Shown one piece after another: positions 1-8,587 of a stretch of DNA of 32,603 nt. Numbering within the stretch: the stretch's first letter is position 1; the number at the start of each line of letters is the position of its first letter. The stretch comes from Gemmatimonadota bacterium (lineage in GTDB: Bacteria > Gemmatimonadota > Gemmatimonadetes > Palauibacterales > KS3-K002). A program made the translations under genes and the position numbers. The notes under the pieces were generated by a model. It was given only the letters and a program-made list of their open reading frames with translations, had not been told where the DNA came from and did not search any database. The stretch lies in NCBI GenBank assembly GCA_039589155.1, contig JBDHHX010000003.1, positions 1 through 32,603 on the forward strand, written 5' to 3'.

Positions 1-863
1 TCGATGAGCACGTAGAGCCGGTCCGGGTCGGCCGCGGAGACCGCCAGGTCCGCCTTGCCGACCAGCTCGTTCGGCAGTCCGCCGGCCAACTGGGTCCAGC
101 TGTCGCCACCGTCGGTCGACTTGTAGACGCCGCCCTCGCGGGCACCAGAGATGATCGTCCACGGTTTGCGCTCGGCGCGCCACATCGTCGCATAGATCGT
201 CTCCGGGTCATCGGGCGCCAGCTCCAGATCGACGGCGCCGGTAGAGTCGGAGACGAAGAGGACAAGCTCCCAGCTGTCACCGCCGTCCATGCTTCGATAC
301 ACGCCACGTTCCCGGTTCGGCGCGAACGCGTTGCCGATCGCCGCGACGTAAACGATCTCCGGGTTCGCGGGATGGACGACGACCGCACCGATGTGGCCCG
401 TCCTATCCAGACCGACGTGCGACCAGGTCTCACCGGCGTCCGTCGACTTGTAGACGCCGACACCGGGAATCACGTTGCTGCGCAGCCCGTCCGATCCCGT
501 GCCCACATAGACGATGTCCGGGTCCGAGTCGGCGATATCGATGGCGCCGATGGAGCCGGTCGCGAAGTACCCGTCGGAGACGGCTCGCCAGATCCGGCCG
601 TAGTCCGTCGTCTTCCAGACGCCGCCGCCCGTCGCACCCATATAGAAGGTCGCTGGCTCACCCGCGTGACCCGCCACCGCCGTAACACGTCCGCCCCGCG
701 ACGGCCCGACATAACGGTACTCCATGTCGGCGAAGAGAGACGTCGGGTAGACGACGTTCGCATCCGCTTCCTGGGCCTGCGCGGAGAAGCGCGGTGCCAG
801 AATCAGCGCGCTGGCGATCAGGAGACATGGAACGACAGCTGGGACCGTGAGATCTCGTCGCAT
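1..863 (-). CDS. Secreted BNR/Asp-box repeat (VPS10/sortilin-like) glycosyl hydrolase-type protein; 3' part runs off the window
   Basis: Absent from the ORF track, so translated by hand from ATG at 863: MRRDLTVPAVVPCLLIASALILAPRFSAQAQ (signal peptide), then YRYVGPSRGGRVTAVAG, GGVWKTTDYGRIW, GVYKSTDAGETW, GVYRSMDGGDSW and GGVYKSTDGGDSW. These are repeated S/T-x-D-x-G-x-x-W Asp-boxes. No stop before position 1. Confidence 0.9.
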   Translation of the reverse strand, partial: MRRDLTVPAVVPCLLIASALILAPRFSAQAQEADANVVYPTSLFADMEYRYVGPSRGGRVTAVAGHAGEPATFYMGATGGGVWKTTDYGRIWRAVSDGYFATGSIGAIDIADSDPDIVYVGTGSDGLRSNVIPGVGVYKSTDAGETWSHVGLDRTGHIGAVVVHPANPEIVYVAAIGNAFAPNRERGVYRSMDGGDSWELVLFVSDSTGAVDLELAPDDPETIYATMWRAERKPWTIISGAREGGVYKSTDGGDSWTQLAGGLPNELVGKADLAVSAADPDRLYVLI

Positions 864-955
864 CTCAGAACCTTCCGCGCAATTGGAATGTGTGGGGCTA
901 ACCGACAGCTTGGGGCCAGTCGGGTCACCGCGCAACTCTGCTCAGCCGAGAGGGA

Positions 956-1054
956 GGGCGCGATTGGGGCCGCGAGCGGACATTTGGAGCGCGCCTGCCC
1001 GACCCCGATGCGTGCGCGGCCGGCGCGACATGAAGCGAGGGCCCCAACGCGCCC
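956..1054. repeat. Intergenic inverted repeat (about 15-bp arms)
   Basis: GGGCGCGATTGGGGCC (956-971) pairs with GGCCCCAACGCGCCC (1040-1054) with one bulged base. It lies just past the DAACS stop codon. Confidence 0.55.
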
Positions 1055-1065
1055 GACCGCTCATG

Positions 1066-2298
1066 CTACTCGGAACCTGTTGAGCGCTCTTCTATTCGGT
1101 CCACGACGACCGTCGCCGCCAGCGTTCCCGTCACGTTCGTCGCCGTGCGCGCCATGTCCGGAATCCGATCCACGCCCAGCAGCACCGCCAGACCATCCAG
1201 CGGAATCCCCACCGTCCCCAGCGCCGGCGCCATGCTCAGCACGCTGCCGCCCGGAATGCTGGGCACCGTGAACGAAACGATCACCGTTGCCAGCACGGCG
1301 CCGGCAACGCCGGAGGTCGGCAGCGACACGCCGTAGAGCCAGGCGAGGAAAGCGAGGCCGGCGCCCTGGAAAACGGCGCTGCCGGCGCGGCCGATCCCGG
1401 CGCCCAACGAGATGACGAAACCGGAGACGACGCTCGACGCGCCCAACTCATCGTCCGCCGCCTCGAGCATCGCCGGCACCGTCGCCGGAGAAGAGACCGT
1501 GGCCGCCGCGATGACCTGGGGACTGATGCACGCCTTGAAGAATTTCCCCAGCGGCATCCGGGCGAGAAAGCGAACGGCGGGCACGTATATGATCGCGATG
1601 AAGATGAGCAACGCCACGACAACGGCTACGATGAAGGCGATCAAGCTCTGCAGCAGCGCCCAGCCCGCGCGCGCGGTGACCGGCGCCGCCAGCGCGAACA
1701 CGCCGATAGGGGCGATCCAGAGAATCCAGTGCGTCAGCTTGATCAGCGCCGCGGAGACCGCCCGAGCGAAACCGATCAGGGTCTCTCGCTCCTTTTCGGG
1801 CAGCGCGCCGGTGGCCGCCGCGAACATCACGACGAACACGATCAGCGGAAGCAGCGCACCTTCCGCCGCCGCCTGAAATGGATTGCTCGGGATGAGGCTG
1901 AGCAGGAAGTCGACGGGACCGGGAAGCGTCGGCGCCTCGACTCCGCCTGCCATGACGGTCCCGGCCGCCGCCTCGCTGGCCATTGGAAGCAGCGCCCGCA
2001 TCACCGCCATCCCCAGCAGAACGCCGATGACGCTGGTCACGGCGAAGAAGGCCAGCGTCGCCCCGCCCATCCGGCCCAACCGCCGCAGGTCGCCCAGCGA
2101 CGCCACGCCGACGAAAATGACCGCGGCGACCAGCGGGATGACCACCATCTTCAGCAGGTTCACGAACGCTGTGCCGATCGGCTCCACGGCCCCGGCCAAG
2201 CCGACCAGCAGCGGGTTGCCGCTGACGGCGGCGGCCAGCCCCAGCATCAGGCCGGCCACGAGTCCGACCAGGATGGCGATCTGAAGTCTCACCGGCAC
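1066..2298 (-). CDS. Dicarboxylate/amino acid:cation symporter (DAACS/GltP family)
   Basis: Multi-TM protein with GTAFVNLLKMVVIPLV, LIPSNPF, APIGVFAL, SSPATVP and GVDRIPDMARTATNVTG. Start moved to GTG 2298, which follows AGGAGG; the ORF track start is 2373. Confidence 0.92.
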   Translation of the reverse strand: MPVRLQIAILVGLVAGLMLGLAAAVSGNPLLVGLAGAVEPIGTAFVNLLKMVVIPLVAAVIFVGVASLGDLRRLGRMGGATLAFFAVTSVIGVLLGMAVMRALLPMASEAAAGTVMAGGVEAPTLPGPVDFLLSLIPSNPFQAAAEGALLPLIVFVVMFAAATGALPEKERETLIGFARAVSAALIKLTHWILWIAPIGVFALAAPVTARAGWALLQSLIAFIVAVVVALLIFIAIIYVPAVRFLARMPLGKFFKACISPQVIAAATVSSPATVPAMLEAADDELGASSVVSGFVISLGAGIGRAGSAVFQGAGLAFLAWLYGVSLPTSGVAGAVLATVIVSFTVPSIPGGSVLSMAPALGTVGIPLDGLAVLLGVDRIPDMARTATNVTGTLAATVVVDRIEERSTGSE

Positions 2299-2344
2299 GG
2301 CGGCACACACCTCCTGATTGAGAGTGGGGGGCTTGGGCCCCGGG

Positions 2345-2373
2345 AAGATGGGGTACCGGCAGAGGGAGAGCAA
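2345..2373 (-). promoter_or_regulatory. Candidate sigma-70 promoter for the DAACS gene
   Basis: Minus strand reads TTGCTC-17 nt-CATCTT, upstream of the AGGAGG RBS. Confidence 0.35.
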
Positions 2374-2386
2374 CGCGCTACGGCTC

Positions 2387-2415
2387 TTGGACGCCGCCGG
2401 GCCGATCAGTATTAT
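2387..2415 (+). promoter_or_regulatory. Candidate sigma-70 promoter for the cyanophycin operon
   Basis: TTGGAC (2387-2392), 17-nt spacer, TATTAT (2410-2415), about 50 nt before the cphB start. Confidence 0.55.
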
Positions 2416-2464
2416 ATGCCTTCCAACGCGTCCAATGGTTCATCTCAGTGTGGAGGGTAGATGG

Positions 2465-3304
2465 TTGAGTCCATCTCGCGGTAGGGACGGGGTAGACCGG
2501 GGGTTCATCATCCCGATCGGTGGGGCCGAGAAGAAGGTCAGGGACAAGAAGATACTCCGACGATTCATCGAGCTTTGCGGCGGCGAGCGGGCGCGTATCG
2601 CCATCATCCCCACCGCTTCCGAGCTCAAAGACACCGGTCGTCGTTACGAGAAGGTCTTCAAGGACATCGGAGTGCACGAGACGCGGAGCTTCCCGTTCGA
2701 GGACCGCAGCGAGGGTGGCCGCGAGGAGTGGCTCGAACAGCTGTCGGAAGCCGACGGAATCTTCCTCACCGGTGGCAATCAGCTGCGCCTCTCCACGACC
2801 CTGGGCGGCACGCCGGCCGCCCAGTTGATCCGCCGCATGAACGCGGACGGCGTGCATGTCGCCGGGACGTCGGCGGGAGCCGGCTTCATGTCGGAGCACA
2901 TGATCGCCTTCGGTGAGGAGGGGCTGTCGCCGCGTGCCGACATGGTCACGCTGGCGCCCGGCCTCGGGCTCACCAATCGCGTCATCGTCGACCACCACTT
3001 CCGCAAGCGCGACCGCTTCGGACGGCTGCTCACCGCCATCTCCTACAACCCGTTCACGGTCGGGCTGGGCCTGGCCGAGGATACCGCCGCGATCATCGGA
3101 CCCGACGACGTGATCGAGGTGATGGGTAGCGGCGCCATGACCATCGTCGATCCGTCAGAACTCGAATTCTCCTCGATGGACTCGGCGCGCGAGCGCGATC
3201 CCGTCTGTCTCGTCGGCCTCCGGGTCCACTCGCTGGTCGAAGGCTGGAGCTTCGATCTCGAGCGCCGCGAGGCGCGCACAGTTACCGCCGCCACAACCCG
3301 CTAG
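2465..3304 (+). CDS. cphB: Cyanophycinase (peptidase S51)
   Basis: IIPIGGAE, IIPTAS, IFLTGGNQLRL, nucleophile motif GTSAG, DHHFRKRDRFGRL and GLAEDTA; immediately upstream of cphA. Start moved to TTG 2465 after GGAGGG; the ORF track start is 2318. Confidence 0.93.
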   Translation: MSPSRGRDGVDRGFIIPIGGAEKKVRDKKILRRFIELCGGERARIAIIPTASELKDTGRRYEKVFKDIGVHETRSFPFEDRSEGGREEWLEQLSEADGIFLTGGNQLRLSTTLGGTPAAQLIRRMNADGVHVAGTSAGAGFMSEHMIAFGEEGLSPRADMVTLAPGLGLTNRVIVDHHFRKRDRFGRLLTAISYNPFTVGLGLAEDTAAIIGPDDVIEVMGSGAMTIVDPSELEFSSMDSARERDPVCLVGLRVHSLVEGWSFDLERREARTVTAATTR

Positions 3305-3312
3305 GAAGTCGT

Positions 3313-6096
3313 ATGGAAGTCCTCGAGCGTTCCGTCTACCTGGGCCCCAGTCTCTACGCCCGCTTCCCTGTCATCCGCCTGCTCCTCGACCTCGGCGAAC
3401 TGGAGGAATGGCCGACCGGGCGCCTGGGCCCACGCTTCAACGATGCGCTGCTGGAAGCGCTGCCCGGTCTCCAAGCGCACGGATGCTCGTACGGCGAGCC
3501 GGGCGGCTTCGTGCGGCGGCTGACCGAAGACGAGGGCACCTGGTTGGGCCACGTGCTCGAGCACGTCGCCATCGAGCTGCAGAACGTGGCCGGCGGCCAG
3601 GTCACCTTCGGCAAGACGCGATCAGCCGGCGCGCCGGGTCGCTACGACGTCGTCTACGAGTATCTGGAGCGTCGCGTTGGGCTCGAGGCGAGCCAGCTCG
3701 CCCTCAACCTGCTCCACTCGCTGCTGCCGGAAGAGCTGCAGCCCGCTGGCTCGATACCGCAGGACTTCGAGTTCGCGACCGAACGTGACCTCTTCATCCG
3801 TTACGTACAGAAGCACGCCCTCGGACCCAGTACCGAGTCGCTGGTGCGCGCCGCGCAGGAGCGCGATATCCCGACGCTGCGCCTGAACGAGTACAGCCTC
3901 GTCCAGTTCGGCCACGGCCGCTACCAGCAGCGCATCCAGGCGACCGTCACTAGCCGGACGCCGCACATCGCGGTGGAGATCGCTTCCGACAAGGAAGAGA
4001 CGAACCGAATCCTGGAGGATATCGGGCTACCGGTGCCGAAGCAGCGTCTCGTCTACAACGAGACCGCGGCGGCGCGTGCGGCTGAAGTGATCGGCTACCC
4101 GGTGGTGGTGAAGCCGCTGAACGCGAATCACGGACGCGGCGTCTCGCTCAACCTGACCGAAAATGAGCAGGTACGCACGGCGTACGGACAGGCGCGCGAG
4201 CACAGCCGTGGCGTCATTGTCGAGTCATTCATCACCGGCCTCGATCATCGCATGCTGGTAGTCGACGGCGAGCTGATCGCGGTGGCGAAGCGCGTCCCCG
4301 GACATGTCGTTGGCGACGGCGAGCACACAATCGAAGAATTGGTCGAGGAGTTGAACAAGGACCCGCGCCGCGGCATCGGCCACGAGAAGGTGCTGACGCA
4401 AATCCGCTTCGATCACCAGGCGAACCGGGTGCTGGCGCTGCAGGGCTACGACCGCAACTCGGTGCCGGTGAAGGACGAGGTCGTCCACCTGCGCTCCACC
4501 GGCAATCTGTCTACCGGTGGCACCGCCGTCGACCTGACCGATGTGGTTCACCCTGACAACCGGGAGATGGCGATACGCGCGGCGAAAGCGATCGGCCTCG
4601 ACGTGGCCGGCGTCGACTTCCTGACCATGGACATCACTCGCTCGTACAAGGAGACGGGGGCCGCCATCTGCGAGGTGAACGCCGCGCCCGGTTTCCGCAT
4701 GCACGTGCAGCCGAGCGAAGGTCAACCGCGGGACGTCGCCGGTCCTGTCATGGACATGCTGTTTCCGCCGGGCAGCCCGTCACGGATTCCCGTGCACGCG
4801 GTCACCGGCACCAACGGCAAGACGACCACCGCACGCATGCTCGCCCACATCCACAAGTTGTCGGGCATGACCGTGGGGCTAGCGACGACCGACGGCGTCT
4901 ACATCGACGGCCAGCTCACTGTTGAGGGCGACATGACCGGCCCCATCGCCGCTCGCATGGTGCTGCGCGATCCGTTGGTCGAGGTCGCCGTGCTGGAGAC
5001 GGCGCGCGGCGGCTTGCTGCGCGCCGGCATGGGCTACCGCAAGTGCAACACCGCCGCCTGCCTGAACGTCAAGGCCGATCACCTTGGCCTGCGCGGGATC
5101 GAGACGCTGGAAGAGTTGGCCGAGGTGAAGCGCATACCGATCGAAGTCGCGACCGACACGGTGGTCCTGAACGCAGACGACCCGCTGTGTCTGCAGATGG
5201 CGGACTACGCCACGGCCGATCACGTCTGTTACGCGACGATGAACCCGTCCCACAAGCTGGTGCGCGAGCACATCCGTGCCGGCGGTCGCGCCGTTGCGCT
5301 GGAGCAAGGAATCAACGGCCACATGATCACGCTCTACGACGGCGGCTCGCACATCCCGCTTCTCTGGACCCACCTCATTCCGGCGACGATGGAAGGCCGG
5401 GCCCTGTTCAACGTGCAGAACGCCATGTTCGCCGCGGCGATGGCTTACAGTCTAGGCGTGAAGCTCGAGGACATCCGTCACGGTCTGAGAACGTTCGATA
5501 CGACATTCTTCCAGGCGCCCGGTCGACTCAACGTATACGACGAGCACCCGTTCAAGGTGATCCTCGACTACGCGCACAATCCCGATGCGGTCGACTCGAT
5601 ATGCAGATTGGTCGAGACGCTGGATGCGAAGGGTCGCAAGATCGTGGTCATCTCGGCGCCCGGCGACCGCCGCGACGAAGACATCCGGGCGATGGCCGCA
5701 CACGCGGCCGGCGTGTTCGATTATTACATCTGCCGCCGCGACGATTCGTTGCGCGGCCGCGAGTCGGATGCAGTGCCGGGGATCCTGCGGGATGCGCTGA
5801 TTGAGGGCGGTGTCGCCGCAGATCGGATCCAGGTCATCCCTGACGAGCAGAATGCAGTGAGCGAGGCGCTGCGGATGGCGGCGGCCGACGATCTGCTGAT
5901 CGTCTTCGGCGATGCGATCAGCCGCACGTGGAAACAGATCATCAACTTCGCCAGCGATGCGGAGACGCCGCGCACCGAGGTCACTTCAGCAGCGCCGGTA
6001 CAGTTGCCCGATGTGCCCGAACTCGCCCTCGACGACGACCAGGCCCTGGTCCGCGATGAACGCGGCGTGCGGATCGCGCGCCAGTTGGAAGACTGA
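3313..6096 (+). CDS. cphA: Cyanophycin synthetase (CphA1-type: N, ATP-grasp and Mur ligase domains)
   Basis: 927 aa. N domain HGCSYG...GHVLEHVAIELQ; ATP-grasp VVVKPLNANHGRGV, NLSTGG, EVNAAPG; Mur domain VTGTNGKTT, ETARGG, DHLG, DYAHN. Confidence 0.96.
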   Translation: MEVLERSVYLGPSLYARFPVIRLLLDLGELEEWPTGRLGPRFNDALLEALPGLQAHGCSYGEPGGFVRRLTEDEGTWLGHVLEHVAIELQNVAGGQVTFGKTRSAGAPGRYDVVYEYLERRVGLEASQLALNLLHSLLPEELQPAGSIPQDFEFATERDLFIRYVQKHALGPSTESLVRAAQERDIPTLRLNEYSLVQFGHGRYQQRIQATVTSRTPHIAVEIASDKEETNRILEDIGLPVPKQRLVYNETAAARAAEVIGYPVVVKPLNANHGRGVSLNLTENEQVRTAYGQAREHSRGVIVESFITGLDHRMLVVDGELIAVAKRVPGHVVGDGEHTIEELVEELNKDPRRGIGHEKVLTQIRFDHQANRVLALQGYDRNSVPVKDEVVHLRSTGNLSTGGTAVDLTDVVHPDNREMAIRAAKAIGLDVAGVDFLTMDITRSYKETGAAICEVNAAPGFRMHVQPSEGQPRDVAGPVMDMLFPPGSPSRIPVHAVTGTNGKTTTARMLAHIHKLSGMTVGLATTDGVYIDGQLTVEGDMTGPIAARMVLRDPLVEVAVLETARGGLLRAGMGYRKCNTAACLNVKADHLGLRGIETLEELAEVKRIPIEVATDTVVLNADDPLCLQMADYATADHVCYATMNPSHKLVREHIRAGGRAVALEQGINGHMITLYDGGSHIPLLWTHLIPATMEGRALFNVQNAMFAAAMAYSLGVKLEDIRHGLRTFDTTFFQAPGRLNVYDEHPFKVILDYAHNPDAVDSICRLVETLDAKGRKIVVISAPGDRRDEDIRAMAAHAAGVFDYYICRRDDSLRGRESDAVPGILRDALIEGGVAADRIQVIPDEQNAVSEALRMAAADDLLIVFGDAISRTWKQIINFASDAETPRTEVTSAAPVQLPDVPELALDDDQALVRDERGVRIARQLED

Positions 6097-6101
6097 TCGG
6101 T

Positions 6102-7811
6102 GTGAGCGCGTTGACCCTACGAGACTCGCGCCGCTTGACGGGTCCCAGCTTGCTGTGCGATGAGCCGGGCGCGGTCATCGATGTGACGCTGAACGCGCAC
6201 TCGGTCGACGAAGTCATAGGCGTCTGGCGCGATCGGGCGCGCTGTATCCTCGACGCGATCGGCTGGCGCGAAGAACGCCTCTACACGCGAAGCTTCCCGG
6301 GCGGCGCCAGCCTGATGATGACTGCACCGATCGATGTGCTCTATGCCGCCACCGAAGTGAACGAGTGGGCCTGGTCGGCGACGGAAGCAACGCTCGAAGA
6401 TGATGGAGCGCCCGACCTGGAAGATGCCGCCGACCGTCTGCGTCGCGTCATCGCGGACGAGCGTAACCCAAAACTCATCGCACTGCGTGACGCGGCACGC
6501 CAGCGCGGCGTCTGTCTTCTGTCGGATGACGACCACGCGTCCGTCGGGATGGGCCGCGGGTCGCTAACCTGGCCTGTCGAGGCGCTGCCCGACCCTGCCG
6601 AAGTTCCCTGGGATCGCGTCCACGACGTACCGCTGGCGCTGGTCACGGGGAGCAACGGCAAGACGACCACCGTCCGGTTGTTGGCGGCGATGCTGACAGC
6701 CGCCGGTCGCCTTCCCGGCTACAGCAGCACCGACGGTATCTACGTCGGCGACGAACTGATCGACGCCGACGACTGGTCGGGCCCCGGCGGCGGACGGAGA
6801 GTGCTCAGGGACGAGCGCGTGGAGGCCGCCGTCCTCGAGACGGCCCGCGGTGGGATGCTGCGTCGCGGCCTCGCCGTGACCCGGGCCGACGCCGCGATCG
6901 TCACCAACATCGCCGCCGACCACCTGGGCGAGTGGGGCGTGGAGGATCTGGAGGCGATCGCCGACGCCAAGCTGGTCGTTGCCCGCTCGGTGATCGACGG
7001 TGGAACGCTGGTTCTGAACGCTGACGACCCGATCCTCGTTCAGCGCGCAGAGAACTTGGGGCTGGCGCCGACATGGTTCGCCGAGTCCGACGCCGGTGGC
7101 ACGGCCTACTTCGTCGAGGACGGCGGTTTCGTGATGAGCGAGGGCGGGACGCGGCAGAGCCTGGTAGACGTCACCGATGTTCCGATCACCTTCGGCGGGG
7201 CGGCCGGCTACAACGTCCAGAACGCGCTGGGCGCGATCGCCATCGCCCGCGCCCTCGATCTCGACATCGACGCCATACGCTCGGCGCTGCTGGGCTTCGG
7301 CTCTGCGTCCGAGAATCCCGGGCGCGGAAACGTCTTCGAGCTCGGCGGCGCCCGGGCGATTGTCGATTTCGCTCACAACCCGGCGGGCCTCGAGGCGCTG
7401 CTCGCGCTGGCCGCTTCGTTGCCGGCGGAGCGACGGCTCCTCGTCCTGGGCCAGGCCGGTGACCGCGACGACGAGTCAATCCGCGAGCTGGCCCGGACCG
7501 CGGCGCGCTTTCGCCCCGACCGCATCATCATCAAGGACATGGAGAGGTACCTGCGAGGTCGTACGCCAGGCGAGGTGCCAGACCTCATCGAAAGTGAATT
7601 GCGAGACGCGGGGATGCCCACCGAGCAAACGGAGCGATCGCCGACGGAGCTTGCGGCCGTGCGCGAAGCGCTGGAGTGGGCACGCCCTGGCGACCTGCTG
7701 ATCTTCCCCGTCCACACCCACCGCGACGAAGTGCTGGCTCTGCTCGCCGCGCTGTCTCAAGGTGCTTGGAAACCCGGAACAACTCTACCCGAGGGCGGAC
7801 GACTCCAGTGA
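6102..7811 (+). CDS. CphA-related Mur ligase family protein lacking the ATP-grasp domain
   Basis: 569 aa. The N-terminus (LRDSRRLTGPSL) resembles the CphA start (LERSVYLGPSL). The Mur domain has VTGSNGKTT, ETARGG, NIAADHLG, LVLNADDP and DFAHN. There are no ATP-grasp motifs and no HxxEH. It starts 5 nt after the cphA stop. Confidence 0.88.
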   Translation: MSALTLRDSRRLTGPSLLCDEPGAVIDVTLNAHSVDEVIGVWRDRARCILDAIGWREERLYTRSFPGGASLMMTAPIDVLYAATEVNEWAWSATEATLEDDGAPDLEDAADRLRRVIADERNPKLIALRDAARQRGVCLLSDDDHASVGMGRGSLTWPVEALPDPAEVPWDRVHDVPLALVTGSNGKTTTVRLLAAMLTAAGRLPGYSSTDGIYVGDELIDADDWSGPGGGRRVLRDERVEAAVLETARGGMLRRGLAVTRADAAIVTNIAADHLGEWGVEDLEAIADAKLVVARSVIDGGTLVLNADDPILVQRAENLGLAPTWFAESDAGGTAYFVEDGGFVMSEGGTRQSLVDVTDVPITFGGAAGYNVQNALGAIAIARALDLDIDAIRSALLGFGSASENPGRGNVFELGGARAIVDFAHNPAGLEALLALAASLPAERRLLVLGQAGDRDDESIRELARTAARFRPDRIIIKDMERYLRGRTPGEVPDLIESELRDAGMPTEQTERSPTELAAVREALEWARPGDLLIFPVHTHRDEVLALLAALSQGAWKPGTTLPEGGRLQ

Positions 7812-7820
7812 GGTGAGAAG

Positions 7821-8576
7821 ATGGATCGCGCACCCGGCGACTGGTACGCCGACGAATCGCTCTGGGTCGAGAGCTTCGCGTTCATGTTCCCGGACAGCAG
7901 CTTCGAGGCCGCTATCGAGCACGTGGACCAGATCATCGCGTTGACCAGAGTCCAATGGGGCAAACTGCTGGACGTGGGCAGCGGACCGGGCCGTTACATC
8001 GTTCCCTTTCGAAAGCGCGGCTTCGATGTCACCGGCGTCGACATCACGCCTTTCTTGATGGAAAAAGCGCGAGCTTACGCCGAGACTGAGGACGTCGAGA
8101 TCGAGTTGGTCGAGGAAGACATGCGGCGCTTCGTGCGCGCAGACACGTTCGACCTCGCCATCAGCATGATGACGTCGTTCGGATACTTCGATGACGAGGG
8201 AGAGGACCTCAGGGTGTTACGCAACATCTACTCGAGCCTCAAGCCGGGCGGCGTCTTCGTCTTTGACACGCTTGGCAAGGAGGTTCTTGCGAGGATCTTT
8301 CTGGACACGAACTCAAAGGAAATGCCTGACGGATCCCTGGTCGTTCAACGTCGTCATGCGATCAACGATTGGAGTCAGATGGAGAACGAATGGTCACTGA
8401 TCAAGAACGGCCAGGTGCGCACGTTCCGCCTCCGCCACTGGCTCTACTCCGGTCGCGAGTTCAAGGAGCTCTTGACCACAGCGGGCTTCTCTTCTGTCGA
8501 GCTCTACGGCGATCTGGATGGAAGCCCCTACGGCCCCAAAGCTGACCGCCTGATCGCGGTTGGGCGAAAAGCGTAG
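7821..8576 (+). CDS. Class I SAM-dependent methyltransferase
   Basis: Motif I LLDVGSGPGR, VTGVDIT, EEDMR, FDLAISMMTSFGYF and LKPGGVFVFD; RBS GAGGTGAG. Confidence 0.9.
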   Translation: MDRAPGDWYADESLWVESFAFMFPDSSFEAAIEHVDQIIALTRVQWGKLLDVGSGPGRYIVPFRKRGFDVTGVDITPFLMEKARAYAETEDVEIELVEEDMRRFVRADTFDLAISMMTSFGYFDDEGEDLRVLRNIYSSLKPGGVFVFDTLGKEVLARIFLDTNSKEMPDGSLVVQRRHAINDWSQMENEWSLIKNGQVRTFRLRHWLYSGREFKELLTTAGFSSVELYGDLDGSPYGPKADRLIAVGRKA

Positions 8577-8587
8577 GAGCGCCGTTG

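Noticed and set aside
372-1271. 299-aa plus-strand ORF in the track
   Set aside because: It is an antisense shadow of the VPS10-like gene and the DAACS 3' end, with Pro/Arg-rich sequence and no motifs.
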